From assembly GCF_022539665.2 (NCBI RefSeq), contig NC_081333.1, forward strand, positions 3,224,001 through 3,288,000: a stretch of DNA of 64,000 nt, given 5' to 3'. The notes under the pieces were generated by a model, which saw only the letters and a list, made by a program, of their open reading frames with translations, had not been told where the DNA came from and did no database searches. Positions 52,401 to 64,000 of the stretch are shown piece after piece. Position numbers and translations under genes: made by a program. This DNA comes from Daphnia carinata. Its lineage: Eukaryota. The number at the start of each line of letters is the position of its first letter. Position 1 is the first letter of the stretch.

Positions 52401-54632
52401 GTCCCGCCAAATTGGAGTCTAAAAAATCGAGCCATCATCACAGCGGTTCGTCCGCGCAGGCCGTTAACGATCCGGGCGTCAAGATGGTGCTCAAGAACGG
52501 CGTGCTGGTCAAGAAGCAGAAACAGCGTCGCTACCGGACGGAGCGTCCGTTCGGCTGCGAGCACTGCACGGCCCGTTTCACGCTGCGCTCCAACATGGAG
52601 CGACACATCAAACAGCAACACCCGGACATTTGGTCGACCCGTCCTCGAGGGCATCGAAGATCGGCCTGCGCATTAACCAAAGCGGCCGCTCTGCCCACGA
52701 TGGTGGACCTGAAAGGCCACATGGTCAACGCGATGCCGGCCCTCGCCCCGCAAATGGTGCAAGAGGCTTCCGTCAAGCTGGAAATCGGCGGAGGGAAAGC
52801 GCCCATCTCGGAGCAAGTCCGCCAGGCCGTCCAGCAGAAATTGAAGAAGCGCCGCAACAGCGAGCATTCCGAAGACGAGGAAGAGGACGATGATGAGGAA
52901 GAAGAAGAAGACGACGATGGTAATTTGGTCATTGATATTGAGCGGAAAGATCACGGCCCAACTGGCCAGAGAATTGTGGCCAGCAAGCCGGAACCGGCCG
53001 ATTTGGCCAGCGTTTCCAAATTGCTGACCAACGCCGTGGCCCAGAGTTTCCAGCAGTATTTCAATCAGCACCGCGACGCCGAGCTGGAGAGCTCGGTGAC
53101 GAGCGACAAGATGAACCGGGCCAGCCCGTCTGAAGGCAACACTGACGAGATGGACGAAGGTGAATGCACGAGCATCAGCGACGGCCATTCGGGCGGCAGC
53201 GATTTCGGCGGGAACCGCTCGGACAGCGGCGGCGGACAGGCGGTGAAAGGGAAGAAGAAGAGCGCTTATTCGAACGCTCCCCATCGGGTGAGTTGCCCGT
53301 ATTGTTCGCGCAAGTTTCCGTGGACCAGCTCGCTGCGACGTCACATCCTGACGCACACGGGCCAGAAACCGTACAAGTGTCCGCAGTGCCCGCTCTGGTT
53401 CACAACGAAATCCAACTGCGACCGCCATCTGTTGCGCAAACACGGAAACCATCTGCACGGCGGAGGCGGCGAGACGGCCAACAACAACAGCAACAACAGC
53501 GTGGCCAGCAGCAACGCGGCGGCCGATAATTCGCGCAACGTTCCAGACCGGCCGTACAAGTGCGCCCTGTGTCCGTCGTCCACCTTCGCCACGTCGGACA
53601 ATCTGAAGAAGCACGTCGACAACAAACACTGCCCCGCCCATCACGGCGGAATGAGCAGCCCGGAGTCGATCGCGGCGGCCGACGGCGAGTCTGAGAAAGT
53701 GCGCCATCATCATCAGTCCAGCAATCCAGCCAGTCCGGGCCCTCAGGCGGGCGACGGCAATTCGGCCGCTGGGGGCCCTTTGGGCGGCCGGCGAGCAACT
53801 GCCTTTCAAATGCCATTTGTGCGACGACTCTGGAGGCTACGCCGAGAGACAGGAAGTGCTGGATCACCTCCAGCGGGACCACACGGAAGAGTTCCATGAC
53901 CTCGTAGGCAAAGTCGGCGCTTTGGTGGCTGAGCCGCCGCCAATGCCGTCCGCTCCGACTTCGGACGAAGGCGAAGACTACGATTCCGTCCGCGGCAAAT
54001 TCCCAGATTACGTCAACAGAAAGGTAAAACATTTTTCGCAACCCTCAAATAGATCAAGAAAGAAAAAAAAAACAAAAAAAAAGAATTACAGTTTATAATA
54101 ATAATAATACATTTTTAATTTTTTTTTAAATAATTAGGTGATTTGTGCCTTTTGTTTGCGACGCTTCTGGTCGGCCGAAGACCTACGACGTCACATGAGG
54201 ACGCACAGTGGCGAGCGGCCATATCAGTGCGACGTGTGCTCGCGTCGCTTCACCTTGAAACATTCCATGTTGCGACACAGACGGAAGCACGGCGGATCCG
54301 GTCACGCGGAAGAGAGCGACGAAGAGGAAGAAGAAGAAGAGGAAGAAGAGGATGGATCGATCAGTTCGGATCATCGGGCCAATCAGCGCCACGCTCGTCG
54401 GGAATCGTCCAGGTCTTCGGCCAAGGCCAAAGTGCGCATGCAGGCTGCCCTCTGGAGCGGCTCCAAGTCCGTTAAATCGACGGGCGGTATGAGACTCCGC
54501 GGACCGTGCGGCTCAGATCTGATCGGCAACTTGCTCGGCATTCCAGACACGTCGCTAGTAGAGCAGCTCATGTCCAAACCGGCCGACGATGCCGCTCGTC
54601 TTCTGGGCGTCACCGGTGGCAATCGCGTTTGA
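49462..54632 (+). CDS. RREB1: Ras-responsive element-binding protein 1 / hindsight (pebbled) C2H2 zinc-finger transcription factor
   Basis: Exons 49462-49728, 49920-50898, 51408-54023 (one apparent frameshift near 53780), 54138-54632; characteristic fingers [76 protein letters not shown] CtBP-type motif; DLASVSKLL box. Confidence 0.92.
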
Positions 54633-56410
54633 GAAAAACTGATCAGCAAACCAAAAGAAAATAGTAATTCCATTTTTTTTTTATCATTCCTAATACGCAT
54701 TAAGAAACAAAATCATAATTAACGATTTAAAAAAAAAAAAAAAAGAAAAGGAAAAAAAAAAATAATAATAATTTGAATATTGAAATACCAAAGATCAACG
54801 TGAAATCATTCCTCTCTATTTTAAACATTTTTTGGTCCTTCGTCTTCTCTTTTTTTTTCGTGAACATTTTTTTTTTTTGGTTTGTTCTTCTTTTTAAAAT
54901 GGAAAAAAGGGGGAAGGGGACTGATAGGGTTTAGAAAATGTCTGTCTTAATGTTCTGCGTGGCTGCCGAGACTCGGATCTCGGAACAGCTATATATCAGT
55001 GTATATAAAAATAACCGAGATCTCTTCGACATCGATATGTTTTTTTCAACAACTAAAATTTGACAAGGAATTTCGTTTAACTGGAGAATACTGACGACGT
55101 ATATCCTTTTATTTCTCACCACTAACTCTATATCGATACACATTTTGAAAGAAAAAAAAAAAAAGAACAAAAAAAAAACATCAATAATTATTAATATTAT
55201 AGAATGTCTGAATTATTGAGTCATTCGTTTCCCAAAGAATAGCAATATTGCTGTACCTATTATTACCAGACTTTTTATATAACCTACCCCGCTCTCTTCA
55301 AACGATGTTAGTTCCTCATTTCTTTCTTTTTTTTTTGTTTGTTGTCCTCCTCATGTCGTAGACAGATTTTTGTTGTTTTGACAAGCAACAAAGCAATCAC
55401 TCTTGATAATTTAATTCTGACTGCCCCATAAAAATGTGTCCTCTTTTGTATAACATGGGAAGAAATCCAATGAAAATGCAGTACTTTTGACAGTCACTTA
55501 TTATCGTGAAATCTTTCTCTTGGCAAGTTGAGAAATCGGATGCATTTTTTCTTTTCTTTTTTTTTTTTTAAATTTGAATTATTATAAAACATTTTAATTA
55601 TTATTCCTCTCTCCCTTATTCGGCAAGTTCCACTCATTTCCCGTCCATTCGCTGGAACGTCCCCACTCTTCATGAATGAACGTAAACATTTCATTCCTAT
55701 CATTGTCTGTTCGTTTTTTAAATTTCACATTCCCCTCATCAATTGTCAAGTTTGTTTTCTTTTTAGTGCGATTCTGATTTCAGTTCGTCTTTTTTTTTTT
55801 TATTCAATGTATAAGCACATTCCTTTCGACTGATTAAAATGATTACAAAAAAAAAAACGAAAACAAGAGTCTTTTTCATTGACTTTAAAGGGATCGAATG
55901 TCCAGCGAGGTAACGCAGTACCACGTATTCGTAATGAGTGTCTGTTTCGATGATGAAACTTGGGCTCATTAACAAGTGGAACATTTCTTTTACCCACTGG
56001 TCGAGGCAATTAAAAAAATTTCAACGAGTTTGAGAAACCAGAAGAAAAAATACGCAAATCAATTTTTACGTTTTTTTTTTTCGAGTTCCGAAAAGCCGTC
56101 GCCATTTTGGCTGTTTTATTTTTCTCCCGGCCTGTTTGCGTGTCGTTGTTGACTTGAAATCAAAAGTGGCCACGTTTGCACGTTCACGCTGAAGCAGCGC
56201 GATTTTTCGTGGTGTAGTGTCGAAAAGCAAACAAGCGGTCACGTTTCGCTCTCATGACTCGTGTTATAGCACAAACAAACAAGGGCTGGAACGTTTCGCG
56301 ACAAACACTAGAACATGAGTCAAACGCAACTCACAACCGTGCGAGAAGAGAATCTCGAAGACTCGCAGATTCGCAGGCTTTTCAACGGTGCGAAGCTGCA
56401 CCGTTTCGAG

Positions 56411-58240
56411 TTACTGTTGATGCCAATGGATCATTTCGACAACGAAAACCTGTGAAGCAGATAGTGCGGATGCATCAGCTAAACGGAAGGATATCCTGTA
56501 TGGTTTATGTACCTCGGAACTAACGTTCGTAACTGCTAATTTGTCACTGGATCCGCTCCACGAAAGAGTTTGGTGCCAGTAATTGGGTCCCGTCTTGGCC
56601 TCGTACATTTTTCGCCAGTCCTGCATCAACATTAATTGGCTTAGTAAGTAACTAAATGTGAGTGCTAGTGAAATTGGGTAACTAACGTTCGTTAATCTGA
56701 TGATCAAGTGTCCATCCCGATCAACGGAGGCTAACCATCTCCTGTCCGGCGAAAAGGATACATCGTTAACGGCAACAGCATGTCCGTAAAGCGTTTGGTG
56801 TTGATCTTCGTCGTCCTTCAGGTTCCAGACGACTACGGAACCATCCGCACATCCCCTTCAAAGATAAAAGTAATGTCGAATGAGTGTACATTTAAAAAGG
56901 TTTCAACATTCATTTCTCACCCGACAATGATTAACGAATCAGACTCACGTCCCGGTGGAAACCAATCAATGCATCCGACTGCCGATTTATTTGTGTAATT
57001 GAGTCTTCTGATTGGATCTTTTCGACTCGTTGACCAAAGCTTCAAAGGTATAACATCTCAGGTATTTTATCCTGAAAAAGGAAATAATTTGTTTTGTTTT
57101 ATTTACCTGTAAAAGCAGCTGGTCGTTGCTGGAAGATGACACCGAAGCCAAAAGTTTGAATGGGCCGTTCCATTTCAGGGCATTTATTGAATCCTAATTT
57201 AACGTGAACCATCAGCTTCAACGTGATCGCATTTCAATTGAAAACAACAAAATGAACAAGTGGTGGTGTCAGACTTACACCGTGTAGGAAAGTCATGACG
57301 GGACTTTCTCTACCAATTTGACAAATATGAATTATCCCGTCATTTTGGTCTCTGGAAAAAGAAGCGAATTGATTTTCGGAAATCCAAACGACGTCGTGAA
57401 TTCGATCGCCTTCGTGAGCAACAAATCGTTGAACCAGCGGCGAAGGTTTCCTGTCAGCATCCCACACTATGGCTGACTTGAAATTCAACAGGAAAAAAAA
57501 ACGGAAGAAAATGAACGTCGAGTCACGTAAGATTTATCGGGAAAAATATCGCGTGCTAAACAGCAATTCATTTTACACTGATTTATTACCCTGTCATTAC
57601 TTCCGGTTGCGAAGACATTGAGCTGGATTGGGTTCCAACGAATGCTCGAAATGAAAGAGGTGTGCTTTCTCCTCTCAAACAAACGACATCCGTCCCGACT
57701 CCACAAAATCAACGTGCCGTTTTCGTAACCAACAGCTAATCGTTTTCCTTCCACCTTGTGTAAACAATCCGTTCATTTCACGTTCGTGTGGCACAAAATT
57801 AGTGTGGGGGGAGAAAAGGTTAATCGAATTACAACAATCTCAAAACGGTTGATGCCAAACAAGAACTTACGTCCCACTGTAAACAGGAAATTCCGGAAAT
57901 GGGGTGTTGGGTTGGAACAGGATTTAGCACTGTCTCGCTCCACTGAGACAATGGAACAATCAGTTCGGCACCACCGTTCAATTCGATGTGTTGCTTGTGA
58001 TATAGGCAAATTTTTCCGCCGTCGATTGCACAGGCGAGAACTGGTTCACGCGGATGAAAAGAACATTTTGATGATTGAAGACCGGCGTCGTAAAGAATTT
58101 TCGAGGAAATTGTGAATTCGACTGGCATGGCTTGAAGCACGCAACGATTTGATAATTCTAGACTTTTGTTGACAGGTTTTCTAAAGTCGAGAAGACCATA
58201 AACTTACGGCCATGTAAACGAGGCATATCTGAGCTTTATC
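56411..58240 (-). CDS. WD40-repeat protein, divergent TBL1/Ebi-like; 5' end unresolved
   Basis: Exons encode CSFHPREPVLA, ISCLQWD-VEGKRLAVGYENGTLILWS, HTSFISSIRWNP..FATGSNDR-SAIVWD, IHDVVWISENQFAS, INALKWN, GHAVAVNDVSFSPDRRWLAS; same repeat order as the TBL1 WD repeats. Confidence 0.75.
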
Positions 58241-58712
58241 CTAAAAAAAAAAACGTAGTTTTATCTTAAATCTGCTGATAATTTGAAGAAGGTGCTCCGG
58301 TTCCACGGTGTCATCGTTTCACAGGATGACGCAGCACTTTCTTTTCTCGTTGATAAAAAACCACTACAATATTTAGTTTTCCGATAAAGATTCTCTTTAG
58401 AGTCTAGATGATTGCTGAATGTACCACCGACACCATTGTGACGGATATGTCTGCCAACAGATGACGCCTTCATCGAAAAATTAAAACCCTTTACCGCTTT
58501 GATATGGCAATCCGTTTAACACAAAAAAAAAAAAAAAATTTCGCCAAAAAAAAAAAAAAAATCACACTTTTTCTTTTTTTTCCGACACGTAGCCATCTAC
58601 CGCTCAGACTCGTTATTACTGGCGTAGGCAATTTCAGTCCATTGGATGCCATTCGCAGTTAGTTCAGTAGCGTGGATGGAGAATAACGCGTGGCTGGAGG
58701 AACAATTGAAAA

Positions 58713-59770
58713 ATGGATAAGATAATACAACAAAAGGATGGTAAGTATAAACATTATTATATTGGTTTTCAATTATTAATTATTGTTTATTAGATCAAAT
58801 TATGAAGCTGCAGGCCCAATTATTGGAACAACACAAAATATTAGATAACAGCAAAGCTAAGGATGGTAAGGCCGTAATGATTCTATTTATTTGCTTTTAT
58901 TCATATGTGTTTTGTAGCTCAAATTTTGAGTCTACAAGCTCAGCTAGGGGAAAAGAACAAATTGGAACGGAACAGTTTCCAAACAGTGAAGGAGGTTTTT
59001 CAAAACTCTTCTCTAACTGAACATGAGGATGAGTTGGCATTAGGCGAACACAGTCAGGTACCTAAACTTTTCAAATAAGAATTCAAAATAAGTATAGAAT
59101 TTTAACAAACAATTATTTATTGTTTTGTTATTCAGTCCACCACCTGACAGTGTTTTAAGTTAAATTCTCTTAGTGCTGCACTAAAAGAATTGTTAGTAAT
59201 AAGTCCATGCAGCGACGGAAGTGAACAATTGTGGGACCGTATTTGGGCTGAAAAATGGGTGTGGTAAGGAAACCCAGAAATAGCACGAGTTCAACGTAAA
59301 ACATGAATTAGGTACTTTTCGGTTTTTTGTCTATCGAAAAAGTATTTTTAATGCTATTATTTTGCATTCACAGAATTTTAGTGGGGAATCAAGTGAAGTC
59401 TGAAAGTGTTACAGGATGGAAGAGTGAGCCTACAGTTGAAAAACACTGAAAGCGCATTACCATTAAGGTATGAGGTAAAGTAATAGAGTATGCAAATTGT
59501 CTAATGAGAAGTACCATCTTGTGTGAATGAATCCTGTGTAACAGCAATCTTTTATAGTTCTGTCACAGCAATCTTTTATAGTTCTGTCACAGCAATCCTT
59601 TATAGTTCTGTCACAGCTAGAAGCCTCAAATAATTCTGCTTCTCTTGCTAAAGAACAACTTGTCCTTTACGTTCAGAGTGTTGGTGAAGCTGGGTACTTA
59701 AATGGCCCTAAAGATGTTTCATTTCGTTGGCATTGCAGCGATGAACATCATACATGGACTTTTTAGGTAT
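58713..59770 (+). pseudogene. Spliced coiled-coil gene remnant, left arm of palindrome 2 (3' end approximate)
   Basis: MDKIIQQKD|DQIMKLQAQLLEQHKILDNSKAKD|AQILSLQAQLGEKNKLERNSFQTVKEVFQNSSLTEHEDELALGEHSQ| is open across three GT-AG-joined exons; later exons disrupted. Confidence 0.6.
59541..59617 (+). repeat. 24-bp tandem triplication
   Basis: acagcaatc(t/c)tttatagttctgtc x3; single copy in the other three arms. Confidence 0.9.
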
Positions 59771-60230
59771 GAAAGGAATTTTCTTGAAAATTTTTTGAAT
59801 TTATGACAAAGCATTTCTCCTGCTTTTTGCCAACCATGTCTAATCTAAAAAAAAAAATTTTATCCAATAGGAAAGGATTTTCAGCATACTGGGAACACAA
59901 CTATCAACAATGCAACATTCTAGGGGTGCTATTTTATCATTTAAGAGCCTTATACAATGATTTTCATCTGCAATTTGTATGGCCTTTCCCAAGCTTCTGC
60001 CAGAAATTGAATCTATAAGTCATGTAAGTCACATGAGCAACAATTGAGATGCTTAATGGTGTTTTTCTTTTCTCAGCATAGGTTAATAGTAACATTGGAT
60101 CTGAAAAGATTCTTGGTTGGGGCAAGACACTGAATAAATTGTAATGATTGAATGGATGACATGACATTTCTATACTTAATTTGGATTCCCGAGACGGTAT
60201 GTTATATTTAAAAAATTGAAGTGCATATCT

Positions 60231-60573
60231 GGGCTCCCTTCCTTTCCGTAGCCCCGTTTCCCCTTGACTCGTAATAAGCCCGTAGGGGGTCATGCCCCTA
60301 CTGTACGGTATATATAAAAACAACATATACCGAGGTTTGGAGGGCTCTGGCCGGAAAGGGGACGTGGGGTGCCGCTTAGTCCGATGATGTGTTCACGGAG
60401 GGCGACGTGGCTGCCCACAAATCCGAACTAAAGGTTAATCGCTCCTGTAAAAATGTTCCAAATCTTCAGCTCTTCTTCCGGCTTCTCTTAGCCAATCACC
60501 GGGTAATCTCCCCGGTGGGTCAACAAGGCAGTGTCTCCCCCTGCCTGGGTTGACGGCAACTTTTGAAAGGGCT
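60231..60573 (-). ncRNA. Candidate structured RNA (left arm, copy 2)
   Basis: Near-identical to 8066-8408. Confidence 0.45.
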
Positions 60574-60798
60574 ATTGTGCCTTTTTAAAGTTGCAAAAAT
60601 AATTGTGATGTGCAGAGAATGGCCAATAAATTTTTTTTTATAAAATGTTTTTGCAAAATTTTTTTCTTTCATTGTCTGTGTTCACACATTACATTTATCA
60701 ACTTTTTTTTTATTTCAATTCACCTTTATTGTTTATGCCACCTTTGATTGTAAGCATTGGTCCCATTGGTTTATCGTTTATCTGTAAACATTCAATTA

Positions 60799-60866
60799 TT
60801 ATCCAGGGATCGAACCCTGGATGTTCGGCATACCGCGCCGATGCTATACCAATGAGCCATGAATCA
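60799..60866 (-). other. tRNA-like unit with a different anticodon-loop sequence (GCGGTAT)
   Basis: rc: TGATTCA TG GCTCATTGGTATAGC A TCGGC-GCGGTAT-GCCGA ACAT CCAGGGTTCGATCCCTGG. Confidence 0.6.
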
Positions 60867-61114
60867 TATGATGTCAGGTTAGCTTTTTTCTAGTCACTTG
60901 CGGACTTGCATTTACACTTTGAATAAAATTGAAACGTAGATCTTTATATATCTACTAAGGTTTGAACCCAGGGTAACAGTTACCGCAGCTGAATGCTCTA
61001 CCACAGAGCTATGAACCTTATGAAAGTTATAAAAAGATAAATATATACTTGTGAAAGACTACATAAACATCCTATACTATAACATATGATATGCGATAAT
61101 AGATATGATAGATA

Positions 61115-61185
61115 TATCTCGTGGCTCAATGTTAGAGCATCGGCGTTGCACGCTGAATGTCTGGGGATCGATTCCCATACCAGTA
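61115..61185 (+). other. tRNA-like unit (TGC at anticodon position), degenerate
   Basis: GTGGCTCAATGTTAGAGCA TCGGC-GTTGCAC-GCTGA ATGTCTGGGGATCGATTCCCA. Confidence 0.6.
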
Positions 61186-61500
61186 AAACAATATACAAGT
61201 ATAAAATTACTTCAGAAAATATCCAGGTATTACACGCTGTTCCTTGTCTAAGTTAAAGAATTCAAGAAGTGTAATAAGTACTAATTGAATACTAACAGAT
61301 AAGCGATACAATGGTGGCAAAAACCATAAAAATGAATTGAGCAAGCTAAATAATAAAAAAAGTTGATAAATGTAATGTGTGAACACAGCTAACACAGACA
61401 ATGAAAGAAAAAAATTTTGCAAAAAACATTTTATAAAAAAAAATTTATTGACAATTCTCTGCACATCACAATTATTTTTGCAACTTTAAAAAGGCACAAT

Positions 61501-61843
61501 AACCCTTTCAAAAGTTGCCGTCAACCCAGGCAGGGGGAGACACTGCCTTGTTGACCCACCGGGGAGATTACCCGGTGATTGGCTAAGAGAAGCCGGAAGA
61601 AGAGCTGAAGATTTGGAACATTTTTACAGGAGCGATTAACCTTTAGTTCGGATTTGTAGGCAGCCACGTCGCCCTCCGTGAACACATCATCGGACTAAGC
61701 GGCACCCCACGTCCCCTTTCCGGCCAGAGCCCTCCAAACCTCGGTATATGTTGTTTTTATATATACCGTACAGTAGGGGCATGACCCCCTACGGGCTTAT
61801 TACGAGTCAAGGGGAAACGGGGCTTCAGAAAAGAAGGGAGCCC
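61501..61843 (+). ncRNA. Candidate structured RNA (right arm, copy 2)
   Basis: Near-identical to 9352-9694. Confidence 0.45.
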
Positions 61844-62304
61844 AGATATGCACTTCAATTTTTTAAATATCAAATACCGTCTGGGGAATCCAATTAAGTA
61901 TAGAAATGTCATGTCATCCATCCAATCAATACAATTTATTCAGTGTCTTGCCCCAACCAAGAATTTTTCAGATCCAATGTTACTATTAACCTATATTGAG
62001 AAAAGAAAAACAACCATTAAACATATCAACTGTTGATCATGTAACTTACATGACTCATAGATTCAACTTCTGGTGGAAGCTTGGGAAAGGACATACAAAT
62101 TGCAGATTAAAATCATTGTATAAGGCTCTTGAATGATAAACGAGCACCTGTACAATGTTGCATTGTTGATAGTTGTGTTCCCAGTACATGAAAATCCTTT
62201 CCTATTGGATAAAATTTTTTTTTTTAGATTAGACATGGTTGGCAAAAAGCAGGAGAAATGCTTTGTCATAAATTCAAAACTATTTGAAGAAAAATCCTTT
62301 CATA

Positions 62305-63319
62305 CCTAAAGAGTCCATGTATGATGTTCATCTCTGCAATGGCAGCAAAATTAAAACATCTTTAGGGCCATTTAAGTACCCAGTTTCCCCAACACTCTGA
62401 ACGTAAAGGACAAGTTGTTCTTTAGACAGAGAAGCAGAATTATTTGAGGTTTCTAGCTGTGACAGAACTATAAAGGATTGCTGTTGTACTGGATTTATTA
62501 ACACAAGATGGTACTTCTCATTAGACAATGTGCATACTCTATTACTTTACCTCATACCTTAATGGTAATGCACTCTCAGTGTTTTTTCATCTGTAGGCTG
62601 ACTCTTCCATCCTGTAACACTTCCAGACTTGATTTGATCCCCCATTAAATTCTGTGAATGCAAAATAATAGCATTAAAAATACTTTTTCAATAGACATAA
62701 AACCGAAAAGTACCTAATCCATGTTTCATGTTGAACTTGTGCCATATCTTGGTTTCCGTACCACACCCATTTTCGGCCCAAATACGGTCCCACAATTTGT
62801 TCACTTCCTTCACTGCATGGGCTTATTACTAACAATTCTTTTTGTGCAGCACTAACAGAATTTAAATTTAACACACTGTCAGGTGGTAGACTGAATAACT
62901 AAACAATATATAATTGTTTGTTAAAATTCTATACTTATTTTGAATTCTTATTTGAAAAGTTTAGGTACCTGACTGTGTTCGCCTAATGCCAATTCATCCT
63001 CATGTTCAGTTAGAGAAGAGTTTTGAAAAACCTCCTTCACTGTTTGGAAACTGTTCCGTTCCAATTTGTTCTTTTCCCCTAGCTGAGCTTGTAGACTCAA
63101 ACTTTGAGCTACAAAACACAAATGAATAAAAGCAAATAAATAGAATCATTATGTATTAGGCCTTACCATCCTTAGCTTTCCTGTTATCTAATATTTTGTG
63201 CTGTTGCAATAATTGAGCCTGCAGGTCCATAATTTGATCTAATAAACAATAATTAATAATTCAAAACAAATATAATAATGTTTATACTTACCATCCTTTT
63301 GTTGTATTATCTTTTCCAT
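62305..63319 (-). pseudogene. Spliced coiled-coil gene remnant, right arm of palindrome 2 (3' end approximate)
   Basis: Mirror of 58713-59770; same GT-AG exon structure. Confidence 0.55.
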
Positions 63320-63699
63320 TTTTCAATTGTTCCTCCAGCCACGCGTTATTCTCCATCCACGCTACTGAACTAACTGCGAATGGCATCCAATGGACTAATA
63401 ATGAGTCTGAAGATTGCCTAAAAAAAGAAAAAAGTGTGATTTTTTTTTTTTTGGCGAAATTTTTTTTTTTTTTTTATGTAAAACGGATTGCCATACTTTG
63501 ATTGTTTTATTTATGAACTGCAAAACCAACAGGAAAACTGATATTGTTTTTGAAATAAGCATTAAATTTTGATTAAATTCCACGAGTTTTTTAGATTTCC
63601 AAGAGATGTCAAACAAAAGTGGGAAGGCTGCGATTCATTTTTCAAGTTCATTTTTGCATTTTTTTTTTGAAATATTCGTAAAAAACAGAGGGTGCGCTA

Positions 63700-64000
63700 A
63701 GAGGTCGGACAAATAAGCCCGACCCTCTATGTGTCGGGCTTATGTTTCTAGCCAAACATTTTGACAAAACTACTTGAAATTCAATGCAAAAATAAACAGT
63801 TATTTTAAAACTATATTGAATATTGGGCTGTAGCGTTCAAACCACAAACCCAATGCAAAAATAAACTTGATTTTCGTGGTTTCCATTCAATTAAGAATCG
63901 AAATCATGTATTTTAAATGAAATTTAAATTTTGGCCAAAAATGAAAAAGTGGAAAGCAAAAATAAACTTGATTTTCATGATTTCCATAATCAATTTTAAC
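63700..64000. repeat. Second repeat family, related to 11440-12210; runs off the window end
   Basis: ATAAGCCCGAC-loop-GTCGGGCTTAT hairpin and repeated GCAAAAATAAAC(T/A) modules. Confidence 0.7.

Larger units (their letters stand above)
58503..63495. mobile_element. ~5 kb palindromic (foldback-like) element, copy 2, with 6-bp target-site duplication CTTTGA
   Basis: CTTTGA|TATGGCAATCCGTTT ... AAACGGATTGCCATA|CTTTGA (58497-58502 and 63496-63501); arms colinear with copy 1. Confidence 0.9.

Noticed and set aside
50055..54700. Long antisense or alternate-frame ORFs (e.g. 52673-53809, 378 aa)
   Set aside because: Shadow ORFs of the GC-rich RREB1 coding exons
59541..59617. CRISPR-like array
   Set aside because: Contiguous tandem copies without spacers, in a eukaryotic context

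Overview
This is eukaryotic genomic DNA. Short 50-70 nt introns, homopolymer-rich intergenic sequence and the gene content suggest a water flea (Daphnia-like crustacean); that is an inference. Host genes in order: 5' end of an SS18/SSXT-family gene (-), PCIF1 cap methyltransferase (+), a receptor tyrosine kinase (-), a boudin-like Ly6 gene with two duplicated 147-nt exons (-), cyclophilin A (-), an intronless three-domain cystatin-like gene (+), a ~24 kb gene desert, an RREB1/hindsight zinc-finger gene (+) and a divergent TBL1-like WD40 gene (-). The most unusual feature is a ~5 kb almost fully palindromic element present twice (6383-11378 and 58503-63495). It has TATGGCAATCCG termini, a 6-bp target duplication around copy 2, and no recognisable transposase. 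From end to centre, each ~2.5 kb arm carries a decaying, inward-facing spliced coiled-coil gene, a very conserved ~340-nt GC-rich segment that folds as an outward-facing structured RNA, and a tRNA-like unit. The central hairpin is inverted between the two copies relative to its flank. All alignments, folds and exon boundaries were done by eye.
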